From assembly GCA_965112155.1 (NCBI GenBank), contig OZ218104.1: a stretch of DNA of 64,000 nt; one strand, 5' to 3'. The position numbers and the translations under genes are program-made. The notes under the pieces were generated by a model that was not told the origin of the DNA, ran no database searches, and was given only the letters and a program-made list of their open reading frames with translations. Positions 38,001-47,789 of this stretch are shown here, piece after piece (the stretch's first letter is position 1; every line of letters begins with the position of its first letter). Source of the stretch: Podarcis liolepis. Lineage: Eukaryota.

Positions 38001-38315
38001 ACTGCTCTTCTTTTCTTCCAGGTGCATGTTGGAGGGAGCTTGGCCGTCCTGGGAGGGAAGCTCTACGTCTCCGGCGGCTACGACAACACCTTTGAACTCT
38101 CGGCGATGCTGGAGTCCTACGATCCGGAGACCCGCAAGTGGAGCTTGGCTGGCCAGCTGCCTGAGCCGATTTTCTGGCACAGCAGTGTCAGCATTTTCCG
38201 CCAATTCATGCCCGAGACGCTGGAAGAGGGCGAGGAGCGCCCCTTGGACAACGCCATCAGCCTGAACCGCCAGCGCCAGAACCTCCACAACCTGAACCTG
38301 AACGAGTTGCGCTAG
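31043..38315 (+). CDS. KLHL21: Kelch-like protein 21 (BTB-BACK-Kelch CUL3 adaptor), complete, 4 exons, 600 aa
   Basis: Exons of 1030+406+73+294 = 1803 nt. BTB motif [41 protein letters not shown], kelch repeats. Syntenic between PHF13 and ZBTB48. Confidence 0.96.
33588..33661 (-). pseudogene. tRNA-Asn(GTT)-derived pseudogene or SINE head
   Basis: CTGTGGCACGATGGGTCAGTGCACCTGGCTGTTAACCAGAAGGTTGGTGGTTCGAGACCACCCAGGGATG resembles vertebrate tRNA-Asn. The acceptor stem is mismatched and a CR1-like tail follows (33528-33587). Confidence 0.75.
34246..34651 (+). CDS. KLHL21: KLHL21 exon 2 (406 bp)
   Basis: ccctag|GAGGTT ... GTCAG|gtaagg; [21 protein letters not shown]. Confidence 0.95.
37273..37345 (+). 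CDS. KLHL21: KLHL21 exon 3 (73 bp)
   Basis: ctgcag|GGACGAC ... CTCCAG|gtgagg; [24 protein letters not shown]. Confidence 0.95.
38022..38315 (+). CDS. KLHL21: KLHL21 exon 4, coding part
   Basis: ttccag|[26 protein letters not shown]...NELR TAG. Confidence 0.95.
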   Translation: MHVGGSLAVLGGKLYVSGGYDNTFELSAMLESYDPETRKWSLAGQLPEPIFWHSSVSIFRQFMPETLEEGEERPLDNAISLNRQRQNLHNLNLNELR

Positions 38316-39263
38316 CAGTCGGACAGCTTGTCTCTGGGGCTTGGAGGAAATCTGTAGCGCCGCTTCTTGGGGAGGCAAGCTGGGAGAGGATTTGGAGGCG
38401 GGTGTCCTCAGCTGCGAGGACTGCTTGGGTGGCGAGGAGGGCAAGGAGCGGGCTCTTTGAGATCAACAGTGCTGTCTTCGGGGGAATCCCTGAAAAGGGA
38501 GGTGTCCAATTCTCCTCCGGTTCCTTCCTGGCAGTTCCCAAGGAGTTTGAAAATTGCTGATCAGAAAACGTCCCCTTAGGCTAACATTATCTGGTGCTGT
38601 TTTGCTCAAAAATAGCCAAACGAAGGCATGAGCACAGTTCACGTAAAGTCATTATGCATGGAGAGGAGAACACAGATAGAGCAAAGGCTTTCCTTCCCCT
38701 TGCTAAACACTAGAATTTGAGGTCTCCCCATGAAATCGAAAGAGACACACCACGCTGAATTTATTTATGGTACTCCTTGCCACAAGATGTGATGCCCCCT
38801 TGTAGCGTTTCTGCAGGAGACGCCCAGCAGCCGTTTTTATTCAGGTTAGCTCAGTGAAACGTCCTCGTGTGGGAGACTAGAGTGCCACTAAATGCTAGTT
38901 GGCAAGAGAGAGCTTTTGTGCTTGCCAGAAGCTTCTGGCTAACCACTGTCAGAAATGGGGGTGTTGGGTTAGACGGACCCTTCGCTGCATCCAGCAAGGC
39001 TCTTCTTGTGTGCCGAAGAACAAGCCAGACATCTTTGCTGTCACTAGCTGGTGCCTTGGGTCTGCCACCGAGTCCTACTAGGGAAAAAGTCCTATTTGGC
39101 TGGCAAAACCAGAGCTTGGGGGGGGGGCTGCTCTCCCTCTCCCTCTCCCCCCCCCCCCGCAACCTGAATGATGCCCATTTCTTCAGTTGCATGTTGCTGC
39201 TGGAATATCATCCATTGATTCCTGTTGCAGGAGGTCCTGTCAGAATCATTGTTTCTGTCAGCA

Positions 39264-39391
39264 CAGAGTTCTTCAACCTTGGGTCCCCAGATGTAGGTGG
39301 ACAGCAACACCCATCATCCTTGACCTCCTGGACTAAGCTATCTGTGGATGATGGGAGTTATAGTCCGCCCAAATCTGGGGGAAGAGCTCTG
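39264..39391. mobile_element. Palindromic hAT-type MITE in the probable KLHL21 3' UTR
   Basis: CAGAGTTCTTC / GAAGAGCTCTG ends; same internal design as the other copies. Confidence 0.65.
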
Positions 39392-40495
39392 GTCTACTCA
39401 ATCTTAGTATCCTTAATCTGAGTGGCCAGCTTTGGGCAGGGGAGCATCGCCAGTTTAGTGACCTGGGGCGGGGGGGGGGCTGCTCTCCAGTAGGTTGTTT
39501 TGAGGTCCTCTTCACGGTCGGTGCCTTAATCACAGTGCAATTTGGAAGGAGACTCTGTTGTTGTCAAGGCACAGCACTAGCAAAGATGGAAACAGGAGGT
39601 TATTTTAGAGGGCCTTGTCCACGGTGGCTGCCTCTGCTGCTGTATGGTTGCCCCAGGCATGTCAAGCATAGCTGTTTCTGGGTTGTGCAGGTAGAATGGC
39701 CGCTAATTTATAGGATTCGGTTGGTACCCCACCCCTGGTGGGGGGGAAATCTGCTGCAGGAACGGCGGGTGAGGTCCTCCATCAGAGCTGCCTGGGGGAA
39801 GTGGGGACATCCTTGCTTGCCGGATTGGTGTGCGTGTGTGTCATGTTCCAGATTCTGTGATGCTGCTTCAGTTTCTCATTTCTTACCCTCTCCCTCCCCT
39901 TTTCCAACTAAGGTCAGCTGTTGTTTTCTCTCCCTTCAGACTTGGTCAGGGGTTCTTTTGCAACCCCCTGCTTTCCACAAGTAAACACTGAAGTCCCTCC
40001 CCCCCTATATATACCCTCTTTAAGCCAGAAAAAGACACACTTGCAAGAGAGGCTCCTTTTCAACTCTGCCAGCTGTTTACAGACCTGCTGTTGCTGCTGC
40101 TGCTGCTTACGCTTACGACATCTTGTTTTGGTCTCACTTGATGAGTAAGGTTTAAGTATTTTGTGCCGGGCTGTTTTAAAGTCTATTAATAGATTTCATG
40201 ATACTTTGTCATACTCACAGCCAAGATCTCTGTGCCATCTCTAGAACCAGATGAATTTGCCTTCATCCTATTTATTTTTAACTTTAATGTAGATACTTGT
40301 GTTTAACCTAGAGTACTGTATGATAATGCCCTCGGAAGCAAAGATATTTCTTATATTTTTTATTGTTTTCTTTTAAACTTGAAAGCTGAATGTTAAGTAA
40401 AGGTGTGTGTGTGTTAAGGGGACTTGTTCTATGCCAGGGTGCCGTTTTGCTGGATTACACACTTCTTAGCCATAAAATGGTAAAGACAACTAGTT

Positions 40496-40631
40496 CAGGC
40501 TTCCTCAACCTCGGCCCTCCAGATGTTTTTGGTCTTCAACTCTCATAATCTCTAGCTAGCAGGACCAGTGGTCAGGGATGATGGGAACTGTAGTCTCAAA
40601 ACATTTGGAGGGCCGAGGTTGAGGAAGCCTG
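40496..40631. mobile_element. Palindromic hAT-type MITE (136 bp), same family as 1589-1724
   Basis: Perfect 28-bp terminal inverted arms. Confidence 0.82.
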
Positions 40632-41115
40632 AGTTACAGAATTACAGAGCTGGGAGGTGCCACAAAGGGTTGTCTAGTTCAACTCCCTGCAATGCAGGAA
40701 TCTTTTGCCCAGCATGGGACTCAAACTCGCGGCCTTGAGATTAAGAGCCTCGTCCTCTTGCTGGCTGAGCTATCCCAGCTGGGTGCCTCTAGCTGTTTAG
40801 ACTACCACTTCCATCAACCCCAGACACCATGACTGTTCCAGTGAATTTTTCATAGTAGCAGTGGCCTGAGCAACAACCTGAAATTGACGTTGAAGGAAAA
40901 GGTGGCCTGAGTCTAGGCTGCTTCTAACAAACAGTCCCAGCATCACATTCTCTCCTGTGGCCAAAATAAGTGTGAGTTGGATATTCATCTCCACACTTCA
41001 CATGCTATTGCAGGATTTTGACAGCCGCAATTGCTTTTTTGCCTCTTGTGATCCTAAATCTGCAGCTGAAGTTAGGATATGCACGGGAGGTTAATGCATG
41101 GTATCCAACTGAGTA

Positions 41116-41471
41116 AGGTAAAGGTAAAGAGACCCCTGACCATTAGGTCCAGTTGTGACCGACTCTGGGGTTGCAGCACTCATCTCGCTTTATTGGCCGA
41201 GGGAGACAGTGTACAGCTTCCAGGTCATGTGGCCAGCATGACTAAGCCGCTTCTCGTGAACCAGATCAGCGCATGGAAATGCCATTTACCTTCCCGCCAG
41301 AGCGGTACCTATTTATCTACTTGCACTTTGACATGCTTTCGAACTGCTAGGTTGGCAGGATCAGGGACCGAGCAACGGGAGCTCACCCCATTGCAGGGAT
41401 TCGAACCGCCGGCCTTCTGATAGGCAAGTCCTAGGCTCTGTGGTTTAACCCACAGCGCCACCCATGTCCCT
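41116..41471 (-). mobile_element. Full-length Sauria SINE
   Basis: Complete head to (ACCTTT)n tail; perfect 14-bp TSD TATCCAACTGAGTA at 41102-41115 and 41472-41485. Confidence 0.9.
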
Positions 41472-43433
41472 TATCCAACTGAGTAGGTCTGCTTAATGAG
41501 TTGTGTCCATTTCCTTCTTGACTAGGATTAACATTTAATACAAGGCAAAATGACCATGGGGCATAACTGGCCAGCCCAGTAAAATAGTGTGGCTCTTGCT
41601 AAGGTAGGGGTGGGGAGACATTTTCAGACCTAGGGATGAATTCTGGCTCATGGGCAACCTTCCAAGGTCCGCAAGTTGCAGGTGCACTTCTTAAGCAAAA
41701 GTCAGATGTTTTCACACTCACTTCTGCATCCATCCATCCAAGCAAGTAAGGATGATGCAACACCAGTTCAAAGACATGTTTCAGCCAGGCAAAAGCACTG
41801 ACCCCAAGGTTCCCTAGCCTGCGATATAGACCATGAGTCTATGTATCATACCAAAGCAAGCAAGAACAGCCCAACTCCTTTGTTCTAAAAGGAGTGAGGA
41901 GGGGACATAGTGTCTTGCTGGAGCAGCCCAAACAGGCTTTGAAAGTGGACAAGCTCCACAATAAAAGCTTTTATTGCTCTATCCACACAGATCAGCGCTT
42001 CCCAATTCTGGGCAACATCCACTGAAGCACGCAGATGTGTTATTTACATACCAAAAAAGCCATAGCATTAAATCAGGGAGTTGGTCACAGCTTCTGAAGG
42101 GGGATCGTTTTCCTTATGTGGAAATCAGGAAGTGGCTTCCTACTAGACCTTGATCAAAGCAGGACATTTTTATTGACTTGTTTCAAGACATTTTACACCC
42201 CACCTTCCGCCAGAGGAAATTCCAGATGGCAAAGTCTTGAGAGGCTCCACATGCCACTGCTCAAGAATCTGAGCTGGCCCCCGCCCAGCTGACCAGCCAT
42301 TAAGGCCAACTGATTGCCTCTTTCCTAAGAAGAACACAAAAACAGACGGGCAAAAGATGGGCTTGTAATGGAATAGGTTGGCGTTCTTAGATGTGTTAGT
42401 TGTAATGCAGAACAGGGATCAGACTCGGGTAGAACAAAAAGTCCTTGGCATCCCACAGTATTGCATACACTGACTGGCAGCGCTTCTGATGGGGGGGGGG
42501 TCACACAGGTTTTTCTCAGCCCCACCTGGAAAACTTCCACAGCTGCACTAAAAAGACAATGAACCACGTATATGAACCAATCTGGACCTTGCAATCATAA
42601 TCCAAGGCCCTTCTTCATGTGAGATCCAGAGAGTGGCAACATGAGAATGGGCCTTTTCGGTGGTGGCTCTTTGTTCTTTGAAACAAAGAACAAATGCATG
42701 CCTTAATACACACCAAAAAAGTATTAAAACATTGCACCCCCTCAAAAAGGTGATAGGTAGTAGTCCCAAGCCAAAGGCCTGGTTAAAACAGAATGCTTTT
42801 ACTTGTAATGATGACATCAGGTGAGCCTCCCCAGAGAGAGCAAGTTTTCTGAAGGACGGTGGGAGCCCTGCTGCTTGTATCCAGTTGAGAAGGGTGGTGC
42901 AATCAACTGGAGGGAATTGCAATTAGGGTTTCGTTACAGAGAACTCGCAAGCAGGGCATGAATGGGGTCCTCTGCACCCGGCATTCGGATGCATTCCTTA
43001 CACAAGTAACCTCCATTCCTTCAGTTCCATGTCACCTCCTCACCTGTTGCTTGGGTGGAATTATTATTGCAGGATATACAAAGGAAGCAGCCTTATACCC
43101 AGCCAGACCATTGATCCCATCTAGCTCAGTATTGCCCACACAGACTGGCAGCAGCTCTTCAGGTTTTCGGATTCTCAGCCCCACCCTCAGCATTAAAAGC
43201 AGATCTTCTAATACTGTGCTGCACACGCCCCTCAACTTGGGATGTAGGAGTTTTCTACTGCATTTAAAAGATGGAGATGGTCTCCCTTTGCAAACGTGGC
43301 TTAATGGAGAACAACCTGATTCATGAGAGAAATGGAAAGATGAACCTGAAGAGAGAGGTGTTTGAGCCAGGCGGCAGAGAGAGCAGCAAGGTGCCTCAAC
43401 ATTCTGACGGAACATCAAGAATAAGGAGGAACA

Positions 43434-44222
43434 CCATAACCAGACACTGGAGAGACCTGTCAGGAGTAAGCATGGACCAATGGTACCAAATAGTATGGGA
43501 AGCAGCCTTACTAGAAAAATTAACAAATAAACTGAAACTGACACGGAGACAAACAGAAGAAGAAGAGTTTGAATTTGATATCCCGCTTTATCACTACCCG
43601 AAGGAGTCTCAAAGCGGCTAACATTCTCCTTTCCCTTCCTCCCCCACAACAAACACTCTGAGGTGAGTGGGGCTGAGAGACTTCAGAGAAGTGTGAGTAG
43701 CCCAAGGTCACCCAGCAGCTGCATGTGGAGGAGCGGAGACGTGAACCCGGTTCCCCAGATTACAAATCTGCTCTTAACCACTACACCACACTGACACCTT
43801 TACCCCGGTATGGCTCCCCTTTATCACATACACAGCCCAACAAGACAATGACAACAATCCACCAACAGCATACAAATCAATATGGCTAACCTGATCCAAA
43901 ACACCCACCCACCCCACTCACACATGAAAACACAGATCACCACAGCCAATCACAAGCAAACAAGGCCAACCCCAACCTGTCTCACCACCAAAAGAATACA
44001 AGTGAACAGCAGAGAACCTGCACAAGCAAGGCTGACACCAAACCCTACATACATTAAGCAAAATAGAAACATCGCCACCCCACCCCATCCCTCTCCCCCT
44101 TTTCTTCCTAATGTCTCAACAAATGAAACTGATTTGTAAAAATGTTACATGGAAAAAATACAAGAGAGAGACATTACACATACTTCTGTAAATCAAGAAA
44201 ATCTTTAATAAAAATACAATAA
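43434..44222 (+). mobile_element. 5'-truncated L1-like LINE 3' end with a nested SINE
   Basis: ORF2 tail TITRHWRDLSGVSMDQWYQIVWEAALLEKL...[SINE]...TFTPVWLPFITY...WLT*. AATAAA near 44206. 17-bp TSD AAGAATAA(G/T)GAGGAACA at 43417-43433 and 44223-44239. Confidence 0.82.
43560..43793 (-). mobile_element. Squam3-like tRNA-derived SINE nested in L1
   Basis: A and B boxes at the 5' end, (TCT)n tail; closely matches the copy at 4260-4483 in the opposite orientation. Confidence 0.8.
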
Positions 44223-45369
44223 AAGAATAATGAGGAACAATGCCCAGAGACCAGGTAAGTGGGTTGCCAAGCAAACAACGTCCCACCCCTCACTTAAATG
44301 TCACAAACCAGAGGGTTTTTTAAAAAAAATAAATCAAACGGTATATACTGTAATGCACTTTGTTAAATGAATAAAAGGGGGCTCCCAGGGGCATCCCACC
44401 AAACTTCAGACGCAGCATTTTATGGGGAGTGGGGGGTGAAGAGGAATCGCTGCTTCACACGTTGCGGGAAGGAATCCCTGGCTCAGCAAGAACCTCCTTG
44501 CCCGATAATTTACAGCCTCCCCAGTTTGCCATTCTCAAAGCTGCAATGCTTAGCCTCATTTTTAACTTTTGAGCTATTGCTTGTTTTTCTCCTTCACCTC
44601 AACTTTGCTTTGTGGGACTTCACCTGCCCTGTTGTTGAAGAGCTATGTGGCACCCAAAAGCTTGCACACTAATAACAACCAAGGCTGACGTGCAATTATT
44701 ATTCATTAGAAATGGGGCTCCCCCCTTTTTTTGCAAGGCATCTTGCAGCAGTAAATTTAAAATTGTAAGGTATTCCTTCTACAATAGACCAAGATTTTTC
44801 TTCACCGAATATGGAAAGCAGTGCCGTTTGTGGGCTTGGCATAATCTGTTGGTTTGCTCTTGCCCTGCCTGTTTTTTTATAATACGTTGGAAACTCGGTA
44901 TCAGCGACTGCGGTCTCTTGATTTGATGGGATGGCTGACAGCAGGAAGAAGGAAGGCATGTGATGGTGCTAGTGGGACTGACAGCTTTACTGTGGGCTAG
45001 GGCAGCTTTGTTAATCCTGCTGCTGCAAGAAAGAAACTTCACTGCCCTGCTAGGCACCCATCACTCTGGAAACAATGATACTTTCATATTGCAAACAAAG
45101 GCGCTGCGCCTCAGTGGGCTCTGAGTGTGGTTTTCTTACCGCTATTGCTGCATTTGCTTTACATCGTATTATTAAATTATGATGATTATTTAAATAGTAT
45201 TGATCTAAGTAGCTGATAACCGCATCGATTAAAAAAAAAAAAGCAGGGAGGTGTAGCAATAAAACTGCTAAACTAAACAGGGTCCAGTATGGTTTCAAGC
45301 TGGGTGAGGGACCTTGAGATCCCTCCCAGCTCTACAGCTCTGTGATTCGATGACCCCCCCCCCCTTAAT

Positions 45370-45606
45370 TCGAATCGGGTGCTGCGCCGGACGCGCCGCT
45401 TTGGAGCTGAAGGAGAGGGGCGGGGCGTCACCAGTCGCCCCGCCTTCTTTATTAGCATATCTCCCGCCCGTCCCATCCCGCAGCCGCCGCGCTGACGTCA
45501 CGACGTCCCTGCTCGGACCAAGATGGCGGCGCTTTGGCTCCTCTCTGCCCCTCCTGTGCCTGGGCTGGGCGCGATATAAGAAGGGAGGGAGGGGCGCAGA
45601 GCCGAG
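45370..45606 (+). promoter_or_regulatory. ZBTB48 CpG-island promoter and non-coding exon 1
   Basis: GC box near 45417, full CRE palindrome TGACGTCA at 45493-45500, YY1 motif CAAGATGGCGGC at 45519-45530, strong donor GAG|GTAAGC at 45606/45607. Confidence 0.75.
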
Positions 45607-46870
45607 GTAAGCGGGTGAGGGGCGTTTAAAAGTGCCCGTTGTTGGCAGGGTGGGGGAAAGTAGTGCTTCCCCAGTTGTGGTTTGTTTCCCCAAGTTTCCG
45701 CTATCCCATAATAAGAAGGAGACCACGGGCTATTGGGGGTGGGGGAAGAGGCAGTGAAAACCCCCTTCTTTGTTGGTCGCTTGCTTATTAATTAAACTGA
45801 ACTGGCAGTTTGCCATCTGCAGCTTTCCTTTAGCCTGAATGTCAATACTGCCCCCCCACGCCTTCCTTTCATTTCAGTCATTAACCCTCCAATACAGCCC
45901 ATTCCCCCCCCCCCATGATATTTTTTTGGGGTGCTCTGCAGTGGATAAGGCCAGTGGATAAGGATGATGGGAGTTGTAGTCTGACAGCCCCTCCCCCACC
46001 CCCTGCACTAGTTTATCGCCAAGTGTTTTTACACAGAAGGAGGGGGGGCGCCTTACTCCTGCTCAGAGATGTTGCTATTTGTTTTTCTTCTTATGATCAG
46101 GCTTGCAGGGACCTTTCCGTTTGGGGAGTGATTTGGCTTTGCTATTTGCGTTCTGCCCCCTGATGTTTCGAGAGAGGGGAGTGTTAATAATTGGTATAAT
46201 ATTAACACTGGTTGGGCTCCGCTCGCCAATTATCTTCCCTGCAAATGAACATTGAAGTTTTGCTGTGGACACATAATTTGCTTTGTTTTCATTTTTAGCT
46301 GAAAAGTTATGGGAGGAAAGACAGACAGTCACAGTGCTGCTCATTTCATCTATTTTTATGCTGTTGTTTGGGTCTGGGGTATGAAGGAACCAATTTTTTC
46401 AGATGTTAATGCAGTTGACTAAATAATTCAGTTTGTGCCCAGAGCCCACACCCTCTTATTATTATTATTATTATCTTTATTATATTTATTTCCCACTCTT
46501 TTCCCAGACCAGGACTCGAGGCTCCTTACACAATTAAAGCAACACCCCTCTGCATTATTTTTTGTTATTTATTAATAAATATTATTGCTCTTTATTAAAT
46601 TCTTTTACTGCCCCAGCCCTTCATCAGTAGACCACAGGGCTGTTTACAACATACAACACAAATGTCATAAAGCAATATCTGTGGAACTTGGGGAAAAAAG
46701 CAATTACATAAATACAATTATAATAAGGAATACATAAGTGTTTTGTTCTCTACCCCTGCCTGATTGCCAAGATGAGCAGCCTACCTCTCATTGTACGTAG
46801 CTTGGATTTCAATGTTTCCATCCACTTACAATCACATAATGTTACAATTACCCAAAGGGTTCATCTAGTC

Positions 46871-47008
46871 CAAGGTTTCCCAAACTTGAGTCTCTAGCTG
46901 TTTTGGACTACAATTCCCATCACCCCTGACAGCTGGTTCTACTAGGTAGGGTTGATGGGAGTTGTAGTCCAAAAAAACCAGCTGGAGACCCAAGTTTGGG
47001 AAATCCTG
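46871..47008. mobile_element. Palindromic hAT-type MITE
   Basis: Inverted arms; 8-bp TSD ATCTAGTC/ATCGAGTC; about 85 bp upstream of the ZBTB48 acceptor. Confidence 0.8.
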
Positions 47009-47099
47009 ATCGAGTCCAATGCTCCACAATGCAGGAATCCTAGCTAAAGAATCCCTGATCCTTCTACTCCTGCACTTTGTTTCTCTCCCACAGCAGACC

Positions 47100-47789
47100 A
47101 TGGAGGGCTCCTTTGTCCAGCACAGTGTGCGTGTCCTGCAGGAACTCAACAAGCAGCGGGAGAGTGGGCAGTACTGCGATGCCACCCTGGCAGTGGGCAG
47201 CTTGGTGTTCAAGGCTCACTGGAGTGTCTTGGCGTGCTGTAGCTCCTTCTTCCGGAGCATGTACGACGGAGCTTCCAGCAGAATCATCCTGCCAGAGACC
47301 TTTGTGGAGATCTTCACGCCCCTCCTCGACTTCTTCTACACAGGCCACTTGGCCATCACTGCGGAGAACTGGGAGAAACTTCTCGAGGCGGCCAAGGAGC
47401 TCTGCATCCCAGAGGCAGTCAGGCTTTGCCAGGAGTTCAAGCCTGGGCGCCTGGACGGCGGGGACCAGAATGGCCCGTTACCGCTCGCAAAGGACCTTGG
47501 GGGTCGCTCCGAAGCGCTAGCCGAGACGCGGGGAGAGCCAGCCCTTGGTGGCGCTGTGCCCCCAGGTGACACTGCTCGAGAAGCCAGCCCGAGCCCCTGC
47601 ATCCGGGGCAGCAAAGTGGCCCAGGGCCAAAGAGAGAGCCCCTGTCTCCTTCGGGGAAGGCTGAAAAGGTCCCCCAAAACAATAGCGCTGAGCAATGCAG
47701 GTGAAGTAAAGAGCGCCCCGGAATGTAAGGAGCTCCTAAAAAGGCCACTGAAAAGAGGAGCCGCCGAGGATGCGGGCGCCAATCATGAG
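47100..47789 (+). CDS. ZBTB48: ZBTB48 first coding exon (BTB)
   Basis: cagcag accATGG ... AATCATGAG|gtggcg; 690 nt, phase 0 matches the next exon. Confidence 0.88.

Noticed and set aside
47019-47099. Longer ZBTB48 N-terminus from the ORF track (ATG at 47019)
   Set aside because: Lies in intron 1, upstream of the pyrimidine tract and acceptor; the conserved start is at 47100.
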